Virus record (IMG/VR): IMGVR_UViG_2541047712_000002 | DNA: 64,000 bases | Direction: 5' to 3' (one strand) | Origin: a virus | Taxonomy: Duplodnaviria > Heunggongvirae > Uroviricota > Caudoviricetes | Translations under genes and position numbers: made by a program | Notes under the pieces: generated by a model | Databases searched by the model: none | What the model saw: the letters and a program-made list of their open reading frames with translations, nothing else | Told to the model about the DNA's origin: nothing | In this document: one piece after another, positions 18,510 through 29,237 of the stretch | How positions within the stretch are numbered: the stretch's first letter is position 1 | How the letters are laid out: every line of letters starts with the position of its first letter

Positions 18510-20618
18510 ATGTCTAAAAAACGTTCCATCAAAGAGGTTCAGGACTTCCGTGACAGTGTAAAACGAGTAGTCGCTCTCCTTTCAGGTAAAAACATCCCTG
18601 TTGCAGAACGAGGGGACGACGCTTATGTACGCTATAACGATGATGGAGAGCCAATTCTCGTAAACATCCCATCAATCCCGGATAACGCAACACCGGCATT
18701 GATGAATGCTGTGCGCGGATTTCTCGATCATGAGGTTGCTCACATTTTGTTTACCGATATTCGTGTGTCCAACAAAATGAGAGAAAAAGGACGCGTTCCT
18801 TCCTGGTCGCTATGGAATGCCTTAGAAGACGTGTTCATCGAGCGAAAAATGGGTCAGGTCTTTAACGGAACAAGACGTAATCTGATGGCAACTCAGCGCC
18901 TTATAATCGAAAAAGTCTTTAAACCAAAGGCTTCAGAGGCTATTGCTTATTGTGGCAAAGATCAGCGCGCGCTTTTTCTAAACTTCTTTCTCTGTCCGGT
19001 TGTAAGAGCCTGGGATGGCCAAGCACCGTTCGTAGATTTCATGGATGAATATTGGCCTGTCATTGAGAAACCAATTTCATTATTAAAAGAACATGGTATC
19101 GATGTGGCCGTGCGTAACATGTCTTGCACCGAGGATTGTGTAAAGGTGGCTGCGACCATAGCTAAGATCCTCAAAGACACTGAAAGTGAAAGCAAAGGTA
19201 AGGAGTCAGCTCCGGGAAAAACTTCCGATCCTTCAGACGCTGACCAGACGGATGCCTCTGGAGAAAACAATGAAGACAACGAAGATCATGAGACACCCTC
19301 ATCGTTAGATAATCACAAATCTATTAAATCAGAGTCACATAGTAAGCACAAACATGATAATAACGAAAGTGATGGTTCAGATAATCCTGAATCATCAGAA
19401 ACAATATTCGATGATACAGAAAATGATAAAGCGGTATCAGATTCTGATGCTTCTGATAACGCGGCGTCAGAATCATTAACCGCTGACCACGAAAAAAGAA
19501 AAACGACAGAAGACGGCCCTTCAGACATTCCAACTCCGTCAAAAATGAGTCTGGAAGAGGCTTTAGAGGAGTTGGATAGCATGGAAGATGAAGTCGGAGG
19601 CATGACAGAAGATGCGCTATCCGAAACGATTAAAAGCGAGTTAACAGAAAGCTCGAAAAGCGAATACAGGCCATACAATCGCTCATACGACTTCATCGGC
19701 TCGATTGATCAGGCAGAAGCCCATATCAAACGGCTTATTAAAACATTCTCCGATATTGATTTAGGTGGATATCCAATCAGCCGTTATCGCATCGTTCCTG
19801 AAGGCAACCAACTCTTCGACAAATATATTGAAAAGCACCTTTCGTCAGGTGTTTCGTCGACGCTGGCAAAAGACCTGGAACGTGCAATAGCAAGCAGAAA
19901 CAGAGTTCAGTTTATACCTGGCCAGCGTCGGGGGCGCATTCATGGTTCAAGTATCTACAGATTAACAATGAATGATGATCGCGTGTTTCGTAAAAAAGAA
20001 GAATCTAAAGCCGTTAACGCCTGTGTTCAACAAGTGATTGATTTATCGGGTTCAATGAGTGGCAAAACGATAAAACTAGCTCTTGCAAGTGCATATACCA
20101 TCGCCGATGCACTTGATCGAATAAATGTTCCCAACATTATCACCGGCTTCACTACATTTGGCAGTCATATGGCAGCAGGAGAACTTAAGGCTATCAAATA
20201 TGAGTTCTCTCGCTTTGAATCTTTAATGCTACCTATCATCAAAAATTGGAATGAAAAAGCAAATTCTCGCGAAGTTCGCTCACGTATGGGGTGCGTAGGC
20301 TACACATTCCCACTTCTTAATAACGTGGATGGTGAAAGCATAGCCAGCCTTGCATCGTTATTTTCCGGTCGCTTGGAGGACAGGAAGATCATGCTTGTTC
20401 TGAGCGATGGCGCGCCGTGGGCTGTTGGGAGAGGTTTTGACGCCCATTTGCGTTCGGTTACGAAGCAAATTGAAACGCAGACTGACATTGATTTGATGGC
20501 AATTGGCATCATGACTGATGCACCGGAGAGATTTTACGCAAATCATGCCCTGGTAACTAGTGTTGATAGTCTTGGTTCATCTGTAGTTACTGAACTATCT
20601 CGTATCATTTTGAAGTAA
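18510..20618 (+). CDS. vWA-domain protein (CobT-like)
   Basis: MIDAS motif DLSGSMSG in C-terminal domain; long acidic Ser/Asp/Glu-rich low-complexity linker. Confidence 0.7.
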   Translation: MSKKRSIKEVQDFRDSVKRVVALLSGKNIPVAERGDDAYVRYNDDGEPILVNIPSIPDNATPALMNAVRGFLDHEVAHILFTDIRVSNKMREKGRVPSWSLWNALEDVFIERKMGQVFNGTRRNLMATQRLIIEKVFKPKASEAIAYCGKDQRALFLNFFLCPVVRAWDGQAPFVDFMDEYWPVIEKPISLLKEHGIDVAVRNMSCTEDCVKVAATIAKILKDTESESKGKESAPGKTSDPSDADQTDASGENNEDNEDHETPSSLDNHKSIKSESHSKHKHDNNESDGSDNPESSETIFDDTENDKAVSDSDASDNAASESLTADHEKRKTTEDGPSDIPTPSKMSLEEALEELDSMEDEVGGMTEDALSETIKSELTESSKSEYRPYNRSYDFIGSIDQAEAHIKRLIKTFSDIDLGGYPISRYRIVPEGNQLFDKYIEKHLSSGVSSTLAKDLERAIASRNRVQFIPGQRRGRIHGSSIYRLTMNDDRVFRKKEESKAVNACVQQVIDLSGSMSGKTIKLALASAYTIADALDRINVPNIITGFTTFGSHMAAGELKAIKYEFSRFESLMLPIIKNWNEKANSREVRSRMGCVGYTFPLLNNVDGESIASLASLFSGRLEDRKIMLVLSDGAPWAVGRGFDAHLRSVTKQIETQTDIDLMAIGIMTDAPERFYANHALVTSVDSLGSSVVTELSRIILK

Positions 20619-20713
20619 TTAAAACAGCCTTAATGATAAGTAACTACTTACCATAGTTAATGGTATATTTATATAAGAACTTGAACGCTCATTAGAGAAC
20701 AAAGGAAAAGCGC

Positions 20714-21949
20714 ATGACTACTACTGCACTGCAAAATGATAAAAATCCTTCTGATTACCTTGTTTGCAAGTGGTGCGGCAAATCATTTCACTATTTTAAG
20801 TCCCATGTAGCCAATGGTAATTGCGAGGGCATTCCTGAGTCAGTAAAAGATGCCGATCCTGACACCGTACTGAAAATGTACACAACGCAGTTTCCAGATG
20901 AACCAACGCTATCGAAAAAGGCACTTGATGCAATTCAAGCTAAACGTGCCGAGCAAAAAAGCGAAATGGCGAAATCTTCTGGCTTGACCAGTAGCCCAGG
21001 CTACACAGGCACAGTTGAGTACAAGACAGATCTGGTCGCAGCTCACGAACTGCTAAACGTAACGGTGGAAGAACTCGGAACAAAACGTGGGACGCCGCTC
21101 ATGGTTAGCGTCAACGTCAATACGCCGTATCCAGAGTTCGTTCCAGAAGTGAAGAAGGGCTACGTATATGGCGACTTCGAACTGATCAAAGATATTTTCA
21201 TGATGCTTGAACTTGGCATACCTGGCTATTTGTGGGGTCATGCAGGAACAGGCAAATCGTCATTGCCTACACAGCTATGTGCTTTGCTCAATCGTCCGTT
21301 GATCCGTGCCCAACATACAGCATCAATGGAAGAGGCTCATGTTACGGGACAAATTCTGGCGCGTGATGGCTCTACGTATTTCGAGCCTGGCTTGCTTGCG
21401 CTCGCAATGAAGCATGGCTGGGTTTACCTCGCGGATGAATACGACTTTGCGTTTCCACAAATTCTTGGCGTGTATCAGCCAGTGCTGGAAGGTGAAGCGT
21501 TAGTCATCAAAGAGGCAACTCCAGAATGGCGTCGCATTACTCCGCATGAACGGTTTGCTTTCATTGGCACTGGCAACACGAACGGATCTGGTGATGAAAC
21601 CGGCTTGTACCAGGGTACAAACATCCAGAACGCCGCGAACTTTTCGCGTTTTGGCATCGTTTCGAATGTGAAATACATGAGCAAAGAGGCAGAGATCAAC
21701 ATGTTGATAAATGCCGGTATCGTGGATGAATACGCAGAAAAGATGGTTAAGTTTGCCGGTATCGTTCGCGATGGATACGAAGAACACCTTATCAGTCAGC
21801 CAATTGGCCCTCGTGAACTTTTGTTGTCGGCCAAGATTGGAATGATGCGAGGCGACTTTGTGACAGGTATTGAGCGTTCTTTCATTAACAAACTCCCTTC
21901 AGCTTCTGCACAAGCGGCTCGTGAAGTTGTTCAAAAAATATTTGGTTGA
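20714..21949 (+). CDS. AAA+ ATPase (CobS/MoxR-like), partner of the vWA protein
   Basis: Walker A GHAGTGKSS, Walker B YLADEYDFA; N-terminal Cys/His-rich segment CKWCGKSFHYFKSH. Confidence 0.7.
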   Translation: MTTTALQNDKNPSDYLVCKWCGKSFHYFKSHVANGNCEGIPESVKDADPDTVLKMYTTQFPDEPTLSKKALDAIQAKRAEQKSEMAKSSGLTSSPGYTGTVEYKTDLVAAHELLNVTVEELGTKRGTPLMVSVNVNTPYPEFVPEVKKGYVYGDFELIKDIFMMLELGIPGYLWGHAGTGKSSLPTQLCALLNRPLIRAQHTASMEEAHVTGQILARDGSTYFEPGLLALAMKHGWVYLADEYDFAFPQILGVYQPVLEGEALVIKEATPEWRRITPHERFAFIGTGNTNGSGDETGLYQGTNIQNAANFSRFGIVSNVKYMSKEAEINMLINAGIVDEYAEKMVKFAGIVRDGYEEHLISQPIGPRELLLSAKIGMMRGDFVTGIERSFINKLPSASAQAAREVVQKIFG

Positions 21950-22129
21950 TCGTGCGTAAAGGATGTTTCGGCTCTCTTATCGCTGCTTCTGAAACTGGTA
22001 AGGCTTGTCTGGTATGTCCAGACAAGCCCGATTGTCACCAATCAGCAAAAGAAGTTGCGATTTCGATGTATGGGAAGTTCGTAGGCTTCCCCAATGACAA
22101 AATCAAAAAAACCATAAAGGTAAAAACAC

Positions 22130-25100
22130 ATGAAAGCACTGATGGTTCGAACTGACTTCTCACTTGGGGAGTCGGCTCTAAAAGCAGAAAACGCGGTGAA
22201 GATTGCCAGAGAAGCTGGCTACACCGCTGTAATTTCAGCAGATAGCATGAATATTGCGAGTGTTATTCCACTACAACGTGCCGCTGGTGACGACATGGCG
22301 GTTATTTGTGGTGTGAAACTAAATATCGTTGATGATCCCACATACGAGCACCGGGCTAAACTTGCTAAAGAATCTATGAGATGTATGGAATCATTAGAGC
22401 GGGGACGTAACTACTCGTTTACCGCTCTAATTAAAAATGAGCAAGGATATCGCGACATCTGCGAACTAATGACGGTGGCCAACACACGAGAACAGTTCTA
22501 CTTTGTACCGCGTCTCTCGCTCGAACAGTTGGTTTCTACATATGCCAAAGGCAACATCATCCTGCTCACTTCCGACATCGGTAGCGTGTTCCAACGCAAC
22601 GATTTTGCAAAAATCATAAGCTCACTGATTACAGCGGGCGGGAAAGACAACTTCTATAGCGTGGTTTATCCGCACCCTACCCCATTCTACGACCAGATTA
22701 ACGTCCGAGCGATGAAAGTAGCCAGCGCACTGAAAATAGAGCCAGTAGCGTTCTATCCCGCTTATTACGAATCGATCGACGATGCAGACATTAAAGACAT
22801 TGCGCACATGGTTACGAACAACATAAAAATCGACCAGCCGCATCGTCTGCGTATCCCCCACCAGCGAGATAACGCCATCAATGGTCGTCGCCATCTCCTT
22901 GAGGCGCTTAAAGCCTTCTCCGTTCGCATGGATGTGCCGGTAACAGCTGCAATGGCCTCAACAACGCAGGACTCCATTATCGATGCCTGCACATGGCGCT
23001 GGCATGAATTGCCACCAGCACTGCCCAAGATGGCAGACGACGAACCTGCAACGCTGATGAAACTGGCTGTTGCAGGGCTGCGTAAACGTCTTACCACAAA
23101 AGAGTTTGGATACACACCACCTGCTTCTGAGAACAGGGTTTATGTTGAGCGGCTAAAGTACGAAATGAACACGCTGACTCGCCTGGGATTTTGTGGTTAC
23201 TTCCTGATGGTACGCGATCTGATGAATCACAGCCGTGAAACTGGCATTCCTGTCGGGCCTGGTCGTGGTTCCTCTGCCGGTTCTCTGGTGGCGTGGTGCA
23301 TAGGCATAACCAACGTCGACCCAATCCGTCACGGTCTTCTGTTTGAGCGTTTCATCAACCCTGAGCGTCTCGACTTGCCGGATGCGGACTTGGACTTCAG
23401 CCAGGCACGTCGCCATGAGGTGATCGAGTATCTGAATGAACGCTACGGCGAAGATTACGTTGCAGGCATTCCGAACTTCACCTACCTGGGCGCAGCCTCT
23501 GCACTACGTGACACCGCTCGTATTTATGGTGTGGAGTCCGCAGATATGGCGGTATCAAAAGAACTGAAGAACGTCGAGGATGATAGCCTTCCATTGGAAG
23601 AGCTGCGCGAACAACTGGCAAGTCTCGACAAATACGCAACAAAATATCCTGATGCATTCAATGCAGCCTGCAAGTTACAAAGCCTTATGCGTGGCTTTGG
23701 TAGACATGCGGCAGGGATGATTGTAGCAGGTGTTCCTCTGACAGAACGTACACCGGTTGAGCGCCGTGGTGACGCGCGTTGTATCGCATTTGACAAGCGT
23801 TACTGCGAGGCTATGGGCCTAATTAAGCTGGACGTGCTTGGCCTGGCAACTCTCGATTTGCTCGATAGTGCAAAACGCTACATAAAAGAGAACACAGGTG
23901 AAGATATCAATCTTGATGCCATTTCTCTTGAAGATCGCAAGGTGCTGGATGGTTTTGCTGCAGGGTATACACAGGGCGTATTCCAGCTGGAGTCCGGCCC
24001 CATGCGCAAGCTGCTTAAAGATCTAGGCGGTGGCATTGAGCCAATGAGCTTTAAAACCGTTGTCGCCACGACCGCACTCTTCCGACCTGGCCCGATCCAA
24101 TCCGGCATGTTGGACGACTATGTTTCTGTCGCCAAAGGCTTTATGACGCCGGAATCATTACACCCCGTTCTTGATGAACTTACCGCGGAAACAAATGGCG
24201 TGATTCTCTATCAGGAACAGACGATGAACGCGACTCGATTGCTTGCCGGCTTCACAATGGCTGAAGCTGACGGTGTGCGTTCCGCAATCGGTAAGAAGAA
24301 CATGGAAAAAATGAAGAGCATGGGCGAGAAGTTCATCGTTCAGGCTCAAGCTGGCTGGATAGACGTTGAGCTGGAAGATGGCACTACACAGCGCATTCAC
24401 CGTGCGGAACATTTTAAATGCGAAGACGGAACTCTGAAAACTGTCGAAGAGGCACTTGAGCACGGCGCAAAACTACCTATAAACGCAGTACGCGTTACAG
24501 CGTCACATCCAGGGCTATCAGAGATGAAAGCGAAGGAGATCTGGACCGCATTCGAAAAAAATGGTGCCTACCAGTTCAATAAATCACACTCCGTTGCTTA
24601 TTCTTTAATCAGTTATCAGTCTATGTGGCTAAAGACGCACTACCCTGCTGAGTTCTTCGCAGCTGCGCTCACCATTCTGGGCGAGGATAAGCATCAGGGG
24701 CTGGTGAAGGATGCGCTGACCTATGGCATTCGCGTATTGCCACCAGACGTTAATGTGTCATCTAACCGAATTGAGATCCGCACACTCGAAGACGGCAGTC
24801 AGGCACTGTATGCGCCATTCTCTGCTGTGAAAGGCTGTTCTGAAAATGGTTGTCAGGCAATTATGCGTGCGCGTGAGAAAGTTGGTGGCAAATTCGAGTC
24901 AGTGGCACAATTCGATGAAGCGGTCGAGAAGCGTGCATGTAACAGTCGTGTACGCGAGTCGCTTCATAAAGTAGGGGCTTTTGCGTCAATTGAGCCAGGC
25001 AGTCTGCCAGCAACTGATCCTGAACGACTGCGCGACCAGGCTGAGCTGATGGGCAATCTCATCATTGACGCTGTTAAAGCATCACGTCCGTTCGAAATGA

Positions 25101-25648
25101 ATCCTAAGCGTTCTGCCGAAATCAACGTACTCATGACACGTATGGCGGCTGAAATGGGCTTGGGTGAGGAGTTGATACGCCCGACTATTGGTATTAAACC
25201 CAAAATCATGATCATTCTGGACAATGCGAACGGCAATGACGCTCGTACCGGCTACTTCATGGAGAACGGATACGACGACTTTAAGGCAAAACTACTGACA
25301 GTTGGAGATCTGCGCATGGGCGATCTTTATGTCACGGGTGTTTGTAAGAAGGTTAAGGACAAAGAGAAAGACTATACCAAAGACGAGATAGGCCAGTTCA
25401 CAGACTTTATGCGGGAAGAAATTAATCTTGTACGACCAACCTACATTTTGACGTGTGGTAGTCGTTCAACCGCACTATTTAACAATAAGAGTAAACCATC
25501 AGATCTGATTGGTCGTAAGGAGTACTTCCCAGAGCTTGATGCAACCGTCTTCTACGGATTTAACCCGAATATCCTGTACTTCCGACCGGAAGAAGGAGAG
25601 CGACTGGAGGCCATTCTGGCTGATATCGCGGAGACAATAAATAAGTAA
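22130..25648 (+). CDS. dnaE: DNA polymerase III alpha subunit (DnaE family)
   Basis: 1172 aa; N-terminal PHP domain; GPGRGSSAGSLVAWCIGITNVDP and FERFINPERLDLPDADLDF palm motifs. Confidence 0.9.
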   Translation: MKALMVRTDFSLGESALKAENAVKIAREAGYTAVISADSMNIASVIPLQRAAGDDMAVICGVKLNIVDDPTYEHRAKLAKESMRCMESLERGRNYSFTALIKNEQGYRDICELMTVANTREQFYFVPRLSLEQLVSTYAKGNIILLTSDIGSVFQRNDFAKIISSLITAGGKDNFYSVVYPHPTPFYDQINVRAMKVASALKIEPVAFYPAYYESIDDADIKDIAHMVTNNIKIDQPHRLRIPHQRDNAINGRRHLLEALKAFSVRMDVPVTAAMASTTQDSIIDACTWRWHELPPALPKMADDEPATLMKLAVAGLRKRLTTKEFGYTPPASENRVYVERLKYEMNTLTRLGFCGYFLMVRDLMNHSRETGIPVGPGRGSSAGSLVAWCIGITNVDPIRHGLLFERFINPERLDLPDADLDFSQARRHEVIEYLNERYGEDYVAGIPNFTYLGAASALRDTARIYGVESADMAVSKELKNVEDDSLPLEELREQLASLDKYATKYPDAFNAACKLQSLMRGFGRHAAGMIVAGVPLTERTPVERRGDARCIAFDKRYCEAMGLIKLDVLGLATLDLLDSAKRYIKENTGEDINLDAISLEDRKVLDGFAAGYTQGVFQLESGPMRKLLKDLGGGIEPMSFKTVVATTALFRPGPIQSGMLDDYVSVAKGFMTPESLHPVLDELTAETNGVILYQEQTMNATRLLAGFTMAEADGVRSAIGKKNMEKMKSMGEKFIVQAQAGWIDVELEDGTTQRIHRAEHFKCEDGTLKTVEEALEHGAKLPINAVRVTASHPGLSEMKAKEIWTAFEKNGAYQFNKSHSVAYSLISYQSMWLKTHYPAEFFAAALTILGEDKHQGLVKDALTYGIRVLPPDVNVSSNRIEIRTLEDGSQALYAPFSAVKGCSENGCQAIMRAREKVGGKFESVAQFDEAVEKRACNSRVRESLHKVGAFASIEPGSLPATDPERLRDQAELMGNLIIDAVKASRPFEMNPKRSAEINVLMTRMAAEMGLGEELIRPTIGIKPKIMIILDNANGNDARTGYFMENGYDDFKAKLLTVGDLRMGDLYVTGVCKKVKDKEKDYTKDEIGQFTDFMREEINLVRPTYILTCGSRSTALFNNKSKPSDLIGRKEYFPELDATVFYGFNPNILYFRPEEGERLEAILADIAETINK

Positions 25649-25654
25649 TAAAGA

Positions 25655-25679
25655 AAACCCGCCTGTTGGCGGGTTTATA
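25655..25679. terminator. terminator hairpin after dnaE
   Basis: aaacccgcc-tgtt-ggcgggttt hairpin then T/A-rich. Confidence 0.55.
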
Positions 25680-25951
25680 AAGAATTATGGCGCTTGTTGA
25701 GGAAGTCACTCCTCTTACGCACTTTGTTTTGCCATGCCGGCAGTTAGCTTCTGCCTTTGACTATTCATGCGGCAACCCCGCATTTCGCCACAATGGGCAA
25801 TTCACTTTTATGGAATAAACTGGCCGTTGTGTCGATTTAATTAGCATGGCCTTACCATGCTAATTTATTCAACTTGTACAATCCTACAAATCTATCCACT
25901 CAGGCTTACACCGTCTTCGTTATTGTAGAAATGAGGATCATCAGCGTTGAA

Positions 25952-26167
25952 TCAGCTTAGAGCAACGACATTTGCTGCTGCTGGGCCTTTAGCACCATTC
26001 TCGATAGAGAATTCGACCTGCTGGCCTTCTTCCAAAGTGCGGAAATTATTACTCTGAATTGCCGAAAAATGTACAAAAACATCTTTACTGCCATCAGCAG
26101 GAGAAATAAAGCCAAAGCCTTTATCAGAGTTAAACCATTTTACTAAACCAGTCATTTTATTAGACAT
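25952..26167 (-). CDS. cold-shock protein (CspA family)
   Basis: [21 protein letters not shown]...[11 protein letters not shown] motifs; ATG at 26167 with RBS, rather than the longer track ORF. Confidence 0.85.
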   Translation of the reverse strand: MSNKMTGLVKWFNSDKGFGFISPADGSKDVFVHFSAIQSNNFRTLEEGQQVEFSIENGAKGPAAANVVALS

Positions 26168-26471
26168 AGATATTACCTTCTTAATTTTGTGAGCCACATA
26201 GTGCGGCGAGAATTTGATCTGTATAGATTGGGACTTACTTAGGCACTTAAGGAGGAGACTCACGAAGAAGGGAAATCAGAAGATAACACTGAACTGAGAC
26301 TGCTTTACTAAAACTGCTTACATAAGGTCTGTCTTGCAAACCAACGATGCTATTAACGCATACCCCTTCTTTTCATGCAACCTTTATTTTTCAAAGATAA
26401 CTAATTTTTGTCACCATTGGTTTAGTAAACGTTAACGAACCAGACGATGCCAGACACCTTTACAGAGAACA

Positions 26472-26495
26472 GATGCCCGCCAATTGGCGGGCATC
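26472..26495 (-). terminator. terminator-like hairpin
   Basis: 10-bp stem gatgcccgcc/ggcgggcatc, loop aatt, immediately downstream of the minus-strand gene stop. Confidence 0.5.
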
Positions 26496-26496
26496 A

Positions 26497-27060
26497 TTAT
26501 GCGCATTTCGCAATATCTTTGCGGCGTTTAATCAGTTTCTCCGCAATTTGCTCTATTTCGTTGAAATCTTTCGAGACGCTGTTTCGAAGCGCCAGATTCC
26601 ATTTACTCAAAGTTCGGGCATTTTGGACAATTTGATCGCCCTCTTTAAGTCGTCCGTTATTCATGAGCCATTCAGCCACATCAGCCCAATCCCAGAGAGG
26701 AGACTGGCCTTTTATGCGTTGTACAGGGCAAGGGAAGTCGCCGCTTCCGCGCTTACCGTCTTTGAGCAACGCCACTGCCTGGCGAGACAGGTCTGTCAGT
26801 TCCGCGATATCGCTTAAGCCCACAAGAGCCGAGTCGACGGATTCAACAATTGCACCGATACCGGCTGATTCAATATTATCGACCGCAGATGCGATAGCTG
26901 CATCAAGTGATTGTGCTTCGCGGTCAAATTCTACATAGACGGAGTTTCCATATGCGCAAATTAGCGCATCGTCACAGCCGTTTTGGTACAGCGCGTCTTC
27001 CAGTCCTTCCGTCTCATACGATACGCCTGAGAGCGTCAGAGTGAAGTTATAAAGCGCCAT
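26497..27060 (-). CDS. hypothetical DNA-binding protein (possible HicB-like antitoxin)
   Basis: 187 aa from ATG 27060 with AAGGAAA RBS; C-terminal HTH-like segment; downstream partner of the small ORF. Confidence 0.45.
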   Translation of the reverse strand: MALYNFTLTLSGVSYETEGLEDALYQNGCDDALICAYGNSVYVEFDREAQSLDAAIASAVDNIESAGIGAIVESVDSALVGLSDIAELTDLSRQAVALLKDGKRGSGDFPCPVQRIKGQSPLWDWADVAEWLMNNGRLKEGDQIVQNARTLSKWNLALRNSVSKDFNEIEQIAEKLIKRRKDIAKCA

Positions 27061-27120
27061 AGTTTTCCTTTGAAGATAGTTGGACAGTTTCTGCAAAAGG
27101 CGGCTAATGCCGCCTTGAAA

Positions 27121-27345
27121 TCATTTACAACGATCAACCATTCGTTTGATCTGTTTGGCATGGTTTTCGGGATTACCCGGAGTCGACCATACGCTCATTT
27201 GGTGAGTTTTGTGTTCACCTTCTGGATTACCGCATCGCAGTCTGCAAAAACAATGTGCAGCACCACCAGCAGCTACCCAGATCCAGCCTTTACTTAATGC
27301 ATAGTCAATGGCTGCTTGAATATGCTTATTCGGATGTTGCTTCAT
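27121..27345 (-). CDS. small protein, possible HicA-like toxin
   Basis: 74 aa, strong GGAGG RBS; KGWIWVAAGGAAHCF...H pattern loosely resembles the HicA GW...GSHH signature. Confidence 0.35.
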   Translation of the reverse strand: MKQHPNKHIQAAIDYALSKGWIWVAAGGAAHCFCRLRCGNPEGEHKTHQMSVWSTPGNPENHAKQIKRMVDRCK

Positions 27346-27599
27346 TCGCCTCCGATAATAGTATTCTATTCACAGTGTTGACATCTGTCAACGGCGACTG
27401 AATTTCATCCGTTCATGCCACACCCCCATCCATCTCATGTATGTGACCTAAAGATGGTCAGCACAGCTTACCAAAATAAGACAACTAATTATCTTCGGTG
27501 ATCTCAATATCTTCCCCTGAACAAAGTTGACATGACGCCATAAACCCGTTCTCTGTTTGATATAATTGATACAGATTTTATAAGTAGGAACCTATTAGA

Positions 27600-28031
27600 G
27601 TGAACACTGATATTTTTTCTAAAATCATGGCCGATCTGGAGTTCGACCGCGACAACCTTGAGGAAGTATGGCGTAAACAGCCACGGCTTTTAATGGAGTA
27701 TGGGTCAAAACTAGCGCAGGCAGATCGAGATGTCGCAGAGGCAAAACTTAACCTTGAAGCTGTTGAAGCAAAGCTATACGACACAGAGCGTAAGAACTTG
27801 AGTATGAACGGCATTAAGTTCAACGAGTCTGTACTGGACGCTAAGGTTAAAACAAACCCACAGTATCTGTCTAAACGGCAGAAGTTGGATGAAGCACGGC
27901 ACATCGCAGACATATACAAACATGCTGTCGCCGCCTTTTCGCATCGCCGAGACATGATCGTTCAGGCGTCAAAGATGGCCATCGTTGAATTAGAGCGATT
28001 AGGCTCTGAACGCTTTATTACTCCCCGTTGA
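27600..28031 (+). CDS. hypothetical coiled-coil protein
   Basis: 143-aa ORF upstream of SSB; start uncertain (GTG 27600 or ATG 27627). Confidence 0.4.
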   Translation: MNTDIFSKIMADLEFDRDNLEEVWRKQPRLLMEYGSKLAQADRDVAEAKLNLEAVEAKLYDTERKNLSMNGIKFNESVLDAKVKTNPQYLSKRQKLDEARHIADIYKHAVAAFSHRRDMIVQASKMAIVELERLGSERFITPR

Positions 28032-28148
28032 TTTTTGATAGATAATAAGTAAGTACTGATCTATCATTTAACAGCTCGAAAGAGCCACGAATGAACGAAA
28101 GCCCAACGCGCATAGCGCCATCGGCCAAATCACAACAAGGAGAAACAC

Positions 28149-29177
28149 ATGTCTAAGACATTACTTGATTTGCTTAACAAAACTCGTGAAGACATTGCCG
28201 CCAAACGTGGTAACAACGTTGATCTGACTCGCTTAAAAGACGGCGTCAACTATATCCGCATCTTCCCGAATAAAGACGACCCAAACGGTAAGTTCTTCCA
28301 GACTTTCGGTATGCACTACGTTAAGTATCAGAACGAGGAAGGTAAAGAAGCAACCAACGCTTATATTTGTGAGCAACATACTCACGGTCGCGCTTGTCAG
28401 CTATGCGAAATGGTGATGGAAGGTCGCGCTCGTCACAAGGGTAACAAAGCAATGGAAGAACGCATCGGTCAAATGCGTGCCACTCCTCGCTACCTGGTCA
28501 ACGGCATTCTTTCTGCTCGTGAGGATTTCGCAGATGCTGAGAAATGCCAGTTAATCGAGCTGCCGTCTACTGTATTCGATGATATCTGCAAAGCAATCAC
28601 CGAAGACATCGCTGATGATATCGGCAATCCACTGAGCAAAGAGGAAGGCTACGCATTCCTGATTAAACGTACTGGCTCTGGTCGCGATACCAAATATGAC
28701 GTCTCGCCTAAGCGTAAAGTCTACAAAGGCGATATCGAAGATAAATTCTGGAACACCCAGCATGATCTGATCGCATACGCAAATCAGGCTGATGAAACTC
28801 GTCTTCTGTCGACAGTTCGCACTATGGGTCGTCTGATTGGCATCGCTGCACCAACTGCCGCAGCATCTGCACCAGCAATTTCCTCAACCGCGAAAACATC
28901 GGCTGCGGCACTACCTGGATTTGGCTCTGTCACTGGTCATACAGAAGGAGCGACGGCTGTAGCAACCGCGCACACACCGGCTTCTGAACCAACCAGTCTG
29001 GTTGATGAAGAAATCCTCCGTGCCGTTGAAACTGAATTTAAACCAGAGGCAAGTTCCGCTGCCGTTGCCGTATCAGTCAAAGAGTCTGAAGCAGTCGCAG
29101 CGACATCTGTAGCAACCGCATCTGCGACGGAAGATGAAGGTCTGGATGACCTACTGAGAGAGCTGGACTCTCTGTAA
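28149..29177 (+). CDS. ssDNA-binding protein (T4 gp32-like), tentative
   Basis: Cys/His cluster CEQHTHGRACQLC, Ala/Ser/Thr-rich linker, acidic C-terminus DDLLRELDSL. Confidence 0.5.
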   Translation: MSKTLLDLLNKTREDIAAKRGNNVDLTRLKDGVNYIRIFPNKDDPNGKFFQTFGMHYVKYQNEEGKEATNAYICEQHTHGRACQLCEMVMEGRARHKGNKAMEERIGQMRATPRYLVNGILSAREDFADAEKCQLIELPSTVFDDICKAITEDIADDIGNPLSKEEGYAFLIKRTGSGRDTKYDVSPKRKVYKGDIEDKFWNTQHDLIAYANQADETRLLSTVRTMGRLIGIAAPTAAASAPAISSTAKTSAAALPGFGSVTGHTEGATAVATAHTPASEPTSLVDEEILRAVETEFKPEASSAAVAVSVKESEAVAATSVATASATEDEGLDDLLRELDSL

Positions 29178-29237
29178 TCCCATTACGTGACCAGTAAGGC
29201 GTCTACGGACGCCTTACTTTTTGGAAGGAATGTACCG

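Noticed and set aside
19313-19696. 127-aa minus-strand ORF
   Set aside because: Lies antisense within the acidic low-complexity linker of the vWA protein; a compositional artefact.
22622-25236. Multiple 76-116 aa minus-strand ORFs
   Set aside because: All lie antisense within the 1172-aa dnaE gene; no independent start signals.
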